Under the pieces are notes generated by a model. That model saw only the letters and a program-made list of their open reading frames with translations, did no database searches and was not told the origin of the DNA. Positions 47,004 to 57,545 of a stretch of 64,000 nucleotides of DNA are shown here, piece after piece (positions within the stretch are counted from its first letter, which is position 1; each line of letters begins with the position of its first letter). Source of the stretch: an uncultured Candidatus Saccharibacteria bacterium (GTDB lineage: Bacteria; Patescibacteriota; Saccharimonadia; Saccharimonadales; Saccharimonadaceae); NCBI GenBank assembly GCA_963528615.1, contig CAURVB010000001.1, positions 7,203 through 71,202 on the forward strand, given 5' to 3'. The translations under genes and the position numbers were made by a program.

Positions 47004-48077
47004 ATGGATGAACCATATTCAGCCAATTTATTAACGCCAAAAAGTAGATTATTGGAGGCTGACCCTAAGTTGGAACGCACACTGTTGTTAGAATCGCAAC
47101 AATTACGAACAATAAAAGCAGATTATCAGCAGTCGCCGCAATCGTTTGACGATAAGATTGAAGCGGCAAAAAGTGTTGGTCTGTTAGTGCGGCAAACGCT
47201 AGATTTTTCTACGACAAGCGATCTCACGCCGGTATTTAATGCGGAAACGCTGGCGGAAAGAGAGACGGCGAATTGTTTTGGTTATACAATCACGGCGTCT
47301 GAATGCTTGGATGAAATCGGTATAGAACATCTTATCGCTTATGCTAATCAGCATGCTATTGTTTTAGTGCCTGATAGAAAAAGTAATCGTTTGTTTATGC
47401 TGGACACACCGACAAAGGAATTGTACTGTGAAGCGACAGAAGCTGTTGGCGGTGTAGATCCGCTGAATCAGTTGGAAGTCGGCGAACTTCGGGCGATAAA
47501 CAGTTTGCATACTAATCAAGTCTTGAAACATTTGCCGCCTGCTATCAATAGAGAACAGTTCGTCGATCAAAGACCTTGGCTAAACTTTTCTAGTTCAGAC
47601 ATGCAGCTTCAGAGCAATTCTCGCGATGATATTTTACAGTTGATAAGCTTACCGTCAATTCCCGGCAGAAAATTATTGGAAATGGAATACAATGCACAAA
47701 TTTTGCGGCGCCACCGCCGACCGGAAGAGGCAGCTGGTTTAATGGAGGATATTTCCGGCATTTATCTGGACGTTGATTCGCGCAATGACTTGGCGGAAGT
47801 GGGCAGACTGTGCCGTCAGTTAATAGAAAATAGCATGGGAGGGAAAGCCGTCAAGGTGGCTATGGTGGTGAACGAAAGCCTGGTCGAAGGAGATGCATCA
47901 AAAAATATATTCTTTTTACCGGACATTAAGCGAAAAGTAGCTAGTGCAACTGGCGATGCAGGCTTAATGAGAGAAGCGATTGCGTTGTACCGTGAACTTC
48001 CGCCCAGCAAGCTAAGAGCTGGAAAATTAGCTAAAGCCTGTCGGCTATTAAAAATGTTACAATCAAAGCATAATTAA
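47004..48077 (+). CDS. Hypothetical protein with transglutaminase-like Cys-His-Asp pattern
   Basis: ANCFGYT...QHAIVLV...FMLD. Confidence 0.55.
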   Translation: MDEPYSANLLTPKSRLLEADPKLERTLLLESQQLRTIKADYQQSPQSFDDKIEAAKSVGLLVRQTLDFSTTSDLTPVFNAETLAERETANCFGYTITASECLDEIGIEHLIAYANQHAIVLVPDRKSNRLFMLDTPTKELYCEATEAVGGVDPLNQLEVGELRAINSLHTNQVLKHLPPAINREQFVDQRPWLNFSSSDMQLQSNSRDDILQLISLPSIPGRKLLEMEYNAQILRRHRRPEEAAGLMEDISGIYLDVDSRNDLAEVGRLCRQLIENSMGGKAVKVAMVVNESLVEGDASKNIFFLPDIKRKVASATGDAGLMREAIALYRELPPSKLRAGKLAKACRLLKMLQSKHN

Positions 48078-48091
48078 AAGGAGTTTACGTA

Positions 48092-48622
48092 ATGGCGAAA
48101 ACTATTTCATCAGCAAAAAAATCAGCTAGCAAAATCCCGGAGACGAAGCCTGTTGCTAAAAAACTACCGCTTAAAACTGCTGGAAAATTATCAGCCAGCG
48201 GTGTGGTGTCCGCTAAAAAGTTGGTTGCTAGCAGCGCCAAGGCTGCCGCGAGAGCGATGTCTACTAAAGATAAAAAGGTGGTTCGCGAGGTAATTAAAGA
48301 TAGCCATATGGGCGGGTTTGTTAATTTTATCCGCGAACAGGGCGTGGTTGGTTTGGCTGTCGGTCTGGCGATCGGTACGGCAGCTGGTGATACGGTGAAG
48401 AAGTTGGTGACGGCATTTATTGACCCGCTAGTACAGCTGATCGTTGGTTCGCAGCAGGGACTTCAGGCGGCATCGTTTACCGTTGAAATTGCTGGGCGTA
48501 AGGGCGAGTTTCTGTACGGGGCGTTTATTAGCTCGTTGATTACATTGTTGGCGGTAGCTTTTGTGGTATATGCAATTGTACACCTGTTTAAGCTTGATAA
48601 ATTAGACAAGAAAAAAGATTAG
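48092..48622 (+). CDS. mscL: MscL large-conductance mechanosensitive channel family with Lys/Ala-rich N-terminal extension
   Basis: GF..FIRE.GVVGLAVGLAIG.A...V..LV..FI.PL, YG.FI..LI. Confidence 0.85.
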   Translation: MAKTISSAKKSASKIPETKPVAKKLPLKTAGKLSASGVVSAKKLVASSAKAAARAMSTKDKKVVREVIKDSHMGGFVNFIREQGVVGLAVGLAIGTAAGDTVKKLVTAFIDPLVQLIVGSQQGLQAASFTVEIAGRKGEFLYGAFISSLITLLAVAFVVYAIVHLFKLDKLDKKKD

Positions 48623-48658
48623 TGCTTAAGCTTCGGTAGCTGAGGTGACTGGCTATAT

Positions 48659-49363
48659 CTAACTGATTAGCGTGCCGACTGTCTCGCCGCGGACGGCTCG
48701 GGCGATATTACCGTCGGTGAGTAAGTCGCAGATAATAACTGGGATATGTTCATCCATAGCTAGTCCGATGGCGGCTTTGTCCATGACGGTGATATGAGGG
48801 TTGGTCAGGGCTTCGTGATAGCTGAGCTGATCAAATTTGGCGGCATCAGGGAATTTGGCAGGATCTTTATCGTACACGCCATCAACTTTCGTTGTTTTAA
48901 TGACAACATCGCATTGCATTTCTAAAGCTAGGTTCAGGGCGGCAGTGTCAGTGGTTAGGAACGGCCGGCCAGTGCCGCAGGCAACGATGACCACGCGGCC
49001 CTTTTCGATGTGGCTGAGGGCGCGGCGAAAGGTGTATTGGTCGATAAATTGATTAATTTCGACGGTGGACAGGGCGCGGGTCGGCAAGCCGGCGTCGTTG
49101 AAGACATCAGCCAGAGCAATGGCGTTCATTAGGGTAGAGAGCATGCCGATATTATGGGCTGAGACAGGCTGGATGCCGTGGCCGATGATTTGGTTGCCGC
49201 GGACATAATTGCCGCCGCCAACCATGATGACGACTTCGGCGCCAGTTTCTAGCGCTGGTTTGATTTGTTCGGCGATCCAGCGGGCGCGCTGCGGGTCGAA
49301 ACCGCTGGTGAACTCGCCCTGAAGCTGCTCGCCGGAGAGTTTGAGGAGGATACGTTTAGTCAT
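48659..49363 (-). CDS. pyrH: Uridylate kinase
   Basis: RILLKLSGE, GGGN..RG, GTG.PF.TTD, VDGVYD.DP; start at ATG 49363. Confidence 0.95.
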   Translation of the reverse strand: MTKRILLKLSGEQLQGEFTSGFDPQRARWIAEQIKPALETGAEVVIMVGGGNYVRGNQIIGHGIQPVSAHNIGMLSTLMNAIALADVFNDAGLPTRALSTVEINQFIDQYTFRRALSHIEKGRVVIVACGTGRPFLTTDTAALNLALEMQCDVVIKTTKVDGVYDKDPAKFPDAAKFDQLSYHEALTNPHITVMDKAAIGLAMDEHIPVIICDLLTDGNIARAVRGETVGTLIS

Positions 49364-49406
49364 GGTTTTAGTGTAGCATGCTGCAAGGAAGTGGTAAAAT
49401 AGAAAC

Positions 49407-49958
49407 ATGAAAGCCAGTTTTAAGCCGAGAAAGATTTTATGGATGGATTTGGAGATGACCGGGCTGGATCCAGTGCATGATGAGATTTTGGAGGTGGCGG
49501 CGATCGTCACGGATTGGGATTTTACGGAAATTGCGACGTATGAAGGAGTTTTGCGGCATGATCCGGAGAAATTGGGTAAACTGCTGGACCGAAACGCCAG
49601 CTTTTGGAATGAACATCCGGAGGCGCGACGCGGTTTGGAGGAGCAAAATGCATCTGGTAAGCCGCTAGCCGAAGTGGAGCGTGAATTGCTGGCGTTTTGT
49701 GATGAGTATTTTGCGGATGAGCCACGGATTTTATTGGGTGGTAATTCAATTCATCAAGACCGGCGATTTATCGACCAATGGTGGCCTATGTTGTCAAAAA
49801 GACTACACTACCGAATGCTGGATGTTAGTGCCTGGAAGGTGGTGTTTGAGGGCAAATATGGCAAGAAATTTGCCAAGCCAGAGGATCATCGGGCGTTGGA
49901 GGATATCCGCGGCAGCATTATGGAATTACAATATTATCTAAAGAAGGTGAAAAAATGA
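49407..49958 (+). CDS. orn: Oligoribonuclease
   Basis: WMDLEMTGLD, GNSIHQDRRF, HYRMLDVS, HRALEDI. Confidence 0.95.
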   Translation: MKASFKPRKILWMDLEMTGLDPVHDEILEVAAIVTDWDFTEIATYEGVLRHDPEKLGKLLDRNASFWNEHPEARRGLEEQNASGKPLAEVERELLAFCDEYFADEPRILLGGNSIHQDRRFIDQWWPMLSKRLHYRMLDVSAWKVVFEGKYGKKFAKPEDHRALEDIRGSIMELQYYLKKVKK

Positions 49959-50293
49959 CCCATAAACAATTTGAAGAGTTTATCTTAAGTTTGCCCGGTG
50001 TGTGGCTGGACTATCCGTTTGGCGAGGATGTTGCGGTATATAAATTTGGTCGGGATAATGACGGCGCAGGGAAGATGGTGGCATTAGTGGCGGAGGGTTC
50101 AAAGCCGCTCAGGGTAAGTCTGAAATGTGATCCATTACTGGCACAGAATTTGCGGGAAAAGTACGAAGCGGTATTGCCAGGTTATCACCTGAATAAGAAA
50201 CACTGGAATACCATCATCTGCTCGGGGCAGCTGAGCGATGAAGAGATTTTTGACTTGGCGCGGCTAAGCTATCGGCTAGTGGCGGAAGCCTAA
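49955..50293 (+). CDS. MmcQ/YjbR family protein
   Basis: YPFG, LKCDP, PGYHLNKKHWNT. Confidence 0.9.
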   Translation: MTHKQFEEFILSLPGVWLDYPFGEDVAVYKFGRDNDGAGKMVALVAEGSKPLRVSLKCDPLLAQNLREKYEAVLPGYHLNKKHWNTIICSGQLSDEEIFDLARLSYRLVAEA

Positions 50294-50901
50294 CTTGACT
50301 TAATTATTTGATTAATTTGTTTTTGGATATTTTCCAAATCAGTGGCGGTTTTTTCTAGCCATTGTCGCATGGCCCTCGACTTGGTGGATTTATACACCTT
50401 TGACATCATGTCAATAGTATCGGTTATTTGTATGTTCATTTCATGGGCATAAGTAATGTCTAGCTGTGTATTAAGCGCTGCGTCGTCTAGCTTTTCTTCC
50501 AGCTTATCTGATGGGTCAAGAGCGAGAATTTCCTTTTTCTTCTCTTTGTAATCGATGCCAGTTGCTTGCAGTGGATCACTCAAAGATGCTTCTGCGGTAG
50601 TTAAGACAGATACTAATGAGCTATTTGTAGTCTGTAGAGAAGTTGATCGGAATTTATTATTATATTTTTGGGAAATAGTTAGCAATTTGTTAACGCGCGC
50701 CGCCACATGCGAAGATGTAGTCTTAGGCATAGCATTCTGTGAGAAAATAAAAATTGCAACTAACGTTAAGAACCCTATGACTCCTAAGACAGTTATGATT
50801 ATTTTAGTTTTTTTATCGAAACCTTCTGCCGGTGGAGGCGTAGCAATTTGATTGAGATAATCAATACCTTGAGATGGATTATTAAAATTATCTGGATACA
50901 T
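50290..50901 (-). CDS. Hypothetical single-TM helical protein
   Basis: DYLNQIA motif and TM helix; start 50901 avoids overlap with dnaG. Confidence 0.65.
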   Translation of the reverse strand: MYPDNFNNPSQGIDYLNQIATPPPAEGFDKKTKIIITVLGVIGFLTLVAIFIFSQNAMPKTTSSHVAARVNKLLTISQKYNNKFRSTSLQTTNSSLVSVLTTAEASLSDPLQATGIDYKEKKKEILALDPSDKLEEKLDDAALNTQLDITYAHEMNIQITDTIDMMSKVYKSTKSRAMRQWLEKTATDLENIQKQINQIIKSS

Positions 50902-50955
50902 GTATCTATTTAAGCACAAACGATAACAGAGGTAAAGGATGATATAATAAAAAAT

Positions 50956-52689
50956 ATGCAAGATGCCAAAGAAGAAGTGCGGGCGCGGCTGAATATTGAG
51001 GATGTGATTGGCGAATATGTTCAGCTGAAGCGGGCGGGTCGTAATCTGAAGGGACTTAGTCCATTCACTGATGAGCGGACTCCAAGTTTTATGGTCAGTC
51101 CGGAAAAACAGATTTGGCATGATTTTTCTTCGGGCAAGGGTGGTGACGTGTTTTCATTTGTGATGCTGGTGGAAGGAATGGATTTTCGTCAGTCGTTGGA
51201 GCATTTGGCGCGCAAGGCGGGCGTGGATTTGAGTTTATTTTCTCATGGTGATGGACGGACAGCCAAGCGGCGAGCCCGGGCGAGGGAAGCGCTGAAATTA
51301 GCAGCGAATTTTTATCAGCAAAATTTGGTGAAAAATTCGGTGGCGCTCAAATACGCAGTGAAAAAACGGCGGCTGAATCGGCAGACGATCGGTGATTTTG
51401 TCATCGGCTATGCGCCAGATCAGGGCGATGTGCTGACGAAAGCGCTGGAGAAGCGGGGGTTTTCGCGCCGGGAACTGGCTGATGCAGGGCTGGTGAATCG
51501 GTTTGGCGGTGACTTGTTTCGGGGACGGCTGATGGTGGCCTTGAGCGATAGCAGCGGCGAGGTGGTCGGCTTTACGGGGCGAATTATTCATGACGATCCC
51601 AGGGCGCCAAAGTATCTGAATACGCCGCAGACCCTGCTGTTTGATAAATCGCGCCATATTTTTGGGCTACATCAGGCGAAAGAGGCGATTCGTAAGAGCG
51701 ACGCGGCGGTGATTGTCGAGGGGAATTTGGACGTGGTTAGCAGCCACCAAGCTGGCGTCAAAAACGTGGTGGCGACGGCGGGAACGGCGATGACGCTGCA
51801 GCATTTGAAGGCGCTGAGCCGGCTGGCGGGGCGGATTCGTGTGGCGTTTGATGGTGACCGGGCGGGCGTCAGTGCAACGGAGCGGGCGATCAATTTGGCG
51901 CAGGAAATTGGCGTGGAATTGGAGGTGGTGAGTTTGCCGGATGGCGTGAAAGATCCGGATGAATTGATCCAAAAAGACCCAGCGTTGTGGAAAGTGGCGG
52001 TTGAGCGGGCGCAGCCAGCGGTGGATTGGGTGATCGCTCAGCACGCCGAGATGGAAGATTTGAAAACGGCGGAGGGGAAGCGGCGATTTTCGACAACTGC
52101 ACTGAGAATTGTGCGCGGCTTGAAAGATCCGGTGGAGCAAGAGCATTACTTGGCGGTGATTTCTAAAAAAACTGGCGCCTCGATTACTGCCTTGAAGTCG
52201 AAGCTGGCGGGCGAAAAAACGGTAAATCAGCAGCTGAGAAAAACTAAAATTGACAAGGAAAAACCGCACCCTGTTCAAGATGAAACTGAGGATATGCTAG
52301 CGGGTCTGGCAGCAAGCGAAAAAACAGTGCGGCGCTGGCTGGCAGCGATTTCCGGCGAGATGCTTGAGAATGACAATGCGCGGCAATTAATTGGCTATTT
52401 GCGGGAAAATTTGGACATTGACCTAAGTAATATTCCTCAAGGCTTGCAAAAAATTGAGCAGTATGTGAAAATAGTACAGTTAAAAAGTGAAAGTCGTTAT
52501 GCCAATTGGGAGCAGAAAAGCTTGGATGAAGAAATGGCTCGGCTAGTCAGGCAAATAACAATAAAACATCGCGAAAACCAAAAGAATCAATTATTAACCC
52601 AGCTGCGGGAAGCTGAGGCGGCGGGTGACGAGGTTTTGTCCCAGCACTTGCGCCAGAATCTGAACCAGCTGATTAAGGAGAAAATGTGA
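50956..52689 (+). CDS. dnaG: DNA primase
   Basis: ERTPSF, GF.GR, PKYLNTP.T..F.K, VEG.LDV, FDGD.AG, KDPDE; zinc-finger Cys residues replaced (GLSPF, HDFSS). Confidence 0.96.
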   Translation: MQDAKEEVRARLNIEDVIGEYVQLKRAGRNLKGLSPFTDERTPSFMVSPEKQIWHDFSSGKGGDVFSFVMLVEGMDFRQSLEHLARKAGVDLSLFSHGDGRTAKRRARAREALKLAANFYQQNLVKNSVALKYAVKKRRLNRQTIGDFVIGYAPDQGDVLTKALEKRGFSRRELADAGLVNRFGGDLFRGRLMVALSDSSGEVVGFTGRIIHDDPRAPKYLNTPQTLLFDKSRHIFGLHQAKEAIRKSDAAVIVEGNLDVVSSHQAGVKNVVATAGTAMTLQHLKALSRLAGRIRVAFDGDRAGVSATERAINLAQEIGVELEVVSLPDGVKDPDELIQKDPALWKVAVERAQPAVDWVIAQHAEMEDLKTAEGKRRFSTTALRIVRGLKDPVEQEHYLAVISKKTGASITALKSKLAGEKTVNQQLRKTKIDKEKPHPVQDETEDMLAGLAASEKTVRRWLAAISGEMLENDNARQLIGYLRENLDIDLSNIPQGLQKIEQYVKIVQLKSESRYANWEQKSLDEEMARLVRQITIKHRENQKNQLLTQLREAEAAGDEVLSQHLRQNLNQLIKEKM

Positions 52690-53648
52690 GCGACGATACG
52701 ACTACTAAGCCGGCAAATTTGAACGACGATGCGGATTTTGATCCAGAAATTATGAACGAAGAAGAATCGGAAGATTTGGATTCTTTGACAACAGGGCAGT
52801 ATTTGGATGATGTGTCGGACGATTCGGTGCGGTTGTATCTAAGGGAAATTGGTAAAATTCCACTACTAAGCGCCGAGGAAGAGATGGAGCTGGCGCGCCG
52901 GATTATTGAAGGCGATAAGAAGGCCAAGGATAAGATGGCCGAGGCGAACATGCGGTTGGTGGTGTCAATTGCCAAGCGGTATTCGGGGCGCGGTTTGGAC
53001 TTTTTGGATTTAATTCAGGAAGGAAATACTGGTCTTTTGCGGGCGGTCGAGAAGTTTGATCCGGATAAAGGCTTCAAATTTTCGACGTATGCTACTTGGT
53101 GGATTCGCCAGGCGATTACCCGGGCGATTGCCGATCAGGCGCGGACGATTCGTATTCCAGTTCATATGGTGGAAACAATTAATAAATTGCTGCGTACGCA
53201 GCGGCGAATGACACAGGAGCTGAACCGCGAACCGACGATTGAGGAATTGTCTAAAGAACTAGACATGGAGCCGGAGAAAATTGAATATGTCATTAAGATT
53301 AAGCAAGATATTTCTTCCTTGGATGCTGGTGTTGGTCGTGATGGTGAAGATGATGATTCGGTGCTGCAGGATTTTATTGTTGATGAAGATACTGTTTCGC
53401 CAGAAGATTCGGCGTCAAACCAACTGCTAAAAGAACAAGTTCAAGATATGTTATCCAGTTTAAGCGACCGCGAGCAAAAAATTGTGCGCATGCGGTTTGG
53501 GCTAGATAATGGTAAGAATCACACGCTGGAGGAAGTCGGCCAGGAATTTGCGGTGACGCGCGAACGAATTCGACAAATTGAGGCCAAAGCTCTGGCAAAG
53601 CTCAGAAAGCATAAAGATGCTAAAAAACTTTATGAATACTTGGATTAA
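52686..53648 (+). CDS. rpoD: Primary sigma factor
   Basis: [43 protein letters not shown]. Confidence 0.96.
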
Positions 53649-54236
53649 TTAGCACTGCTCGGGTACTTTACAGAAGTGGGCGTCGCGGGTAACGGCGTCT
53701 ATTTTTTGGTGTAATTGATCGAGATTACCGTCATTTATAACAAAGTAATCAGCGATGGCAATTGGTCCGCCTTTTTCCAAATTCTCAATTTCTGACCAAT
53801 CACGCTGGTCAACTTCATGTGGCTGCATTGGGCGCTCGGGGCGTTTTACCATACGTTGATAACGGAGGTGTTTTGGGGTAACAATAGCAATAACGACTAC
53901 TTGCCCAGGAAATTCGTGCTTGAGGAATTTATATTCACTCCAAGTGTATAATCCGTCCAAAACGATTTTATTTTGCCCGGCGTTTATTAAGTCGTGGATG
54001 TTTTTTATGACGCGTTTGATTACGAAATCTTTGCCCTCACGGCGACGAATTTCTTCGCGAAATTGTTGTTGATTGTCCCAAGTTTTTTCAATTCCGGCCT
54101 CGTCCATGGCCTTATAAATAACGCCACCGAAGTAAATTTTTGGAAATCCTTTTTCTGTCAAATACTCGACAGCCGAACTCTTACCGCTACCCGCTAGTCC
54201 AACCAGGGCGATAATTTTTGCATGTGGTTGTGTCAT
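53649..54236 (-). CDS. P-loop kinase, dephospho-CoA-kinase-related (UPF0200-like)
   Basis: GLAGSGKS, DG.....E, R..R...R, RD..E, ADY...N.G. Confidence 0.7.
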   Translation of the reverse strand: MTQPHAKIIALVGLAGSGKSSAVEYLTEKGFPKIYFGGVIYKAMDEAGIEKTWDNQQQFREEIRRREGKDFVIKRVIKNIHDLINAGQNKIVLDGLYTWSEYKFLKHEFPGQVVVIAIVTPKHLRYQRMVKRPERPMQPHEVDQRDWSEIENLEKGGPIAIADYFVINDGNLDQLHQKIDAVTRDAHFCKVPEQC

Positions 54237-54298
54237 AGACCAATTCTAGCAATTTGTTGACATTCTTCCAAATAGAGCGTATGTTTAGGGTAAGTATT

Positions 54299-54973
54299 AT
54301 GGAAACAGTTCATAATCACGCTGAAGATTTATCTCAGAATTCACTTTCTGATCTTGATATCTGGGGTCGTTTAATAGAATATCGTAAAGAAGTTCAATGG
54401 GGTAATATATTAGCCCAAGTTGAGGAGCTGGAGTCGAAATTTAATTCTAATTCAGATGGCAGTAAAGCATGGAAAAGATTTGTTAACGAACCGGTTATTG
54501 ATCAGTATGGTCAAGTATGGATGATTTGGAAGTCTGGGGATTGTTATCAGATATATAAGATGCCAGACGATAAAGATGATTTTGATTATGTTTTTATAGA
54601 TGGCCTTGAAGTGACTCCCACCCGAAGTAGGCTTGGGCCGATTTATAAATTTTCTGTCGGATTTGATAATTTTGGTGATGCAGAAGTCTTAAATATACAG
54701 ATGAGTGACGAGAGAACCGGGCATTGCCTCCTCTCCAACAATGAAAGAGATCGGTGGGAGACGTATAGGCGGTGGACGAAACACGATAATGACTCCTACA
54801 GTGCTATGAAAGACCTTAGAAAAAGCTATGAGAGATATGAGAAAATGCTGATGAATCTGGGTGATTATTCTTTCAGTGCTGAAGAAAGGTTTGGGGAGAT
54901 TTATGATAAGTATGAGAGAATATGGCAAAAACTTGGCTCTGTGTCAATTAGAGATCTGGCAATAGCGGCTTAA
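54299..54973 (+). CDS. AT-rich orphan hypothetical protein
   Basis: Long ORF with its own TTGACA..TATGTT promoter. Confidence 0.55.
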   Translation: METVHNHAEDLSQNSLSDLDIWGRLIEYRKEVQWGNILAQVEELESKFNSNSDGSKAWKRFVNEPVIDQYGQVWMIWKSGDCYQIYKMPDDKDDFDYVFIDGLEVTPTRSRLGPIYKFSVGFDNFGDAEVLNIQMSDERTGHCLLSNNERDRWETYRRWTKHDNDSYSAMKDLRKSYERYEKMLMNLGDYSFSAEERFGEIYDKYERIWQKLGSVSIRDLAIAA

Positions 54974-54989
54974 ATGCTACAATAGAACT

Positions 54990-57524
54990 ATGAAGCGTCT
55001 AGTGGTTATTGATGGTAAGTCGGTATTTTACCGAGGGTATTATGCCATGCCGGGGCTGAGTACGGCGGACGGTACGCCGACTGGCGGCGTGTATGGGTTT
55101 GTGAGTTTGGCGATTGAGCTGATCAAGAAATTGGAGCCGGATTATGTGGCGGTGGCGTGGGACAAGCGCGGCACCAATATCCGTAAGCGGCGGGAATTAT
55201 ACCCAGAATACAAGGCAGGTCGCAAGCCAGCGCCTGATGATTTTTATCAGCAAATTCCGATTTTGATGGAACTGCTGGACGCGTTTGGCTGGCCGCTGTA
55301 TGAACTGGATGATTATGAGGCGGACGATATCATGGGTGCGTTTGCCAGGCAAGCGGAAGCGCGCGGCGTGCAAACCTGCCTGCTGACGTCGGATTTGGAT
55401 GCGCTGCAATTGGTGTCACCGCTGACTAAAGTCTACGCCATGAAAAATGGTCTGAGGAACATCGAGGAATTTACGGCGGAATATTTTGAACAAAAATATG
55501 GTATTCGGACGGACCAGTTTTTGGATTTGAAGGCGCTGAAGGGTGATTCGAGCGACAATTTACCGGGCGTGCCAGGTGTTGGTGAAAAAACGGCGGTGAA
55601 ATTATTGCAATCATATGACACGCTGGACGGTGTGTATGCGCATGTGGATGAGCAAACAGGCGCTTTACGGACAAAGCTAGAGAGCGGCCGTGAGTCGGCG
55701 TATTTGACCAAGCAAGTGGCAGAAATCTGGACGGACGCGCCGGTGGAATTGGACTGGGAGGTGGCGGATGTTAACGACTGCGACTTTACTCGGGTGGCGG
55801 AAATTTTGCGGAAATTGGAGTTTCATTCGCTGATCGGGCGGCTGCCAAAGACGATGCAGGCGGTGGGTGAGGTAGCGGAGACGGCGGAGTTGGAGTTGCC
55901 GCGTATTGACAATTTGCCAGCTGAGCCGTTGTTTGAAACAGAAAATATTATCTATATTGATCCATCGGAGCCGGACATAGTCTATATTAATTCTAAGCCT
56001 GGCGTGGCGTGGCGGGCCAAGATCAGTGAAATTGGTCAACAGGTTTGGCAGTTATTGGCGCAGGGCGTGGTGATCGCGGCGGACGTCAAGGAGTTGTATC
56101 ACGCACTGGACGATCACGGTGTGACGGTGCGTTTTCATGAGGTCTGGGATGTTGGGCAGGCGGCGTTTTTGATCGATCCGCTCAGGCGTGATCGTAGTTT
56201 GATGGCGCTGGCCGGTGATTTTTCAGAGGATAATTCTGTGCCGCGGCAGCTGGCACGCTTACGCCAGATTTACCGCCAGCAGCGGGATTATATGGCGACG
56301 CATCAGCAGATTGCTCGGGTGCTTCGCGACTTTGATTTTCCGGTGATTTGGCCGCTGTTTCAGATGGAAAAGCGCGGCATGAAGTTGGACACGACACTCC
56401 TTGAACACATGGGTAAGGAGCTGGCGACGGAAGTCAGTCAGCTTGAACAACAAATGTATACGATGGCCGGGCGCGAGTTCAACGCTGCTAGTCCGGCGCA
56501 GCTGTCTGAGGTGTTATTTACCAAGTTGCAGCTGCCGACGGTTGGCATTAAAAAAGGCAAAACTGGCTATTCGACGGGACAGAAAGAGCTGGATAAACTG
56601 CGCGGGCGACACTCAATCATCGAGCTGATTGAGCGGTACCGGGAGCTGAGTAAATTGATCAGCACCTACATTGAAGCGCTGCCGAAGTTGGTGGCCGAGG
56701 ACGGGCGGATTCACACGACGTTTAATCAAGACGTCACCAGTACTGGGCGGTTGAGCAGCACAAATCCTAATCTGCAGAATATTCCTGTGAGGACGGAGCT
56801 GGGGCGGAAAATTCGCCAGGCATTTGTGCCGAGCGAAGGTAAGGTTTTTGTTGGTGCGGATTATTCACAATTTGAACTGCGACTGGCGGCGGTGCTGGCG
56901 GGCGATGAGCAGCTGATTAACGACTTTAATAGCGATGTTGATATTCATACCAAGACGGCGGCCGAGACCTACGGTGTGCCGATGTATCAGGTGACGAAAG
57001 CACAGCGGCGTGCGGCCAAGGTGATCAACTTTGGCGTACTGTATGGCATGAGTCCGCATGGCTTGGCGGCGGCCACTGGTATGACCTTTACCGAGGCAAA
57101 AAAGTTCATTGAACACTATTTTGCAGTGCGCCAGCCAATCCGCCAATATCTGGATACAATTTTAGTTCAAGCGCGCGAACAAGGTTTTGTTGAGACTTAT
57201 TTTGGCCGGCGGCGGCCCACACCAGACGTTAAGTCGAGCAATTTTATGGTGCGTTCGGCGGCCGAGCGAGCAGCGATGAATATGCCGATTCAGGGAACGG
57301 AAGCGGATTTGATGAAACTGGCGATGATTCGGTTGGAGGACAAGTTGGCTGGGCTGGCCGAGCCAGTCCTGCAGGTTCACGATTCGATTTTGGTGGAATG
57401 CCGGGCAGAAGATGCCGAGCGAGTTGGCGAAATAATGCGCGCGGAAATGGAAGGGATTTGCCCGGATTTGCCGATTAAATTAAAAGTTGATGTCGGCGTG
57501 GGTACGCACTGGGACGAAGTATAA
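54990..57524 (+). CDS. polA: DNA polymerase I
   Basis: 5'-3' exo YEADD, GDSSDN.PGV; TGRLSS..PNLQNIP, DYSQ.ELR, QVHD. Confidence 0.97.
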   Translation: MKRLVVIDGKSVFYRGYYAMPGLSTADGTPTGGVYGFVSLAIELIKKLEPDYVAVAWDKRGTNIRKRRELYPEYKAGRKPAPDDFYQQIPILMELLDAFGWPLYELDDYEADDIMGAFARQAEARGVQTCLLTSDLDALQLVSPLTKVYAMKNGLRNIEEFTAEYFEQKYGIRTDQFLDLKALKGDSSDNLPGVPGVGEKTAVKLLQSYDTLDGVYAHVDEQTGALRTKLESGRESAYLTKQVAEIWTDAPVELDWEVADVNDCDFTRVAEILRKLEFHSLIGRLPKTMQAVGEVAETAELELPRIDNLPAEPLFETENIIYIDPSEPDIVYINSKPGVAWRAKISEIGQQVWQLLAQGVVIAADVKELYHALDDHGVTVRFHEVWDVGQAAFLIDPLRRDRSLMALAGDFSEDNSVPRQLARLRQIYRQQRDYMATHQQIARVLRDFDFPVIWPLFQMEKRGMKLDTTLLEHMGKELATEVSQLEQQMYTMAGREFNAASPAQLSEVLFTKLQLPTVGIKKGKTGYSTGQKELDKLRGRHSIIELIERYRELSKLISTYIEALPKLVAEDGRIHTTFNQDVTSTGRLSSTNPNLQNIPVRTELGRKIRQAFVPSEGKVFVGADYSQFELRLAAVLAGDEQLINDFNSDVDIHTKTAAETYGVPMYQVTKAQRRAAKVINFGVLYGMSPHGLAAATGMTFTEAKKFIEHYFAVRQPIRQYLDTILVQAREQGFVETYFGRRRPTPDVKSSNFMVRSAAERAAMNMPIQGTEADLMKLAMIRLEDKLAGLAEPVLQVHDSILVECRAEDAERVGEIMRAEMEGICPDLPIKLKVDVGVGTHWDEV

Positions 57525-57545
57525 AAAATATGGTATAATTACGCC

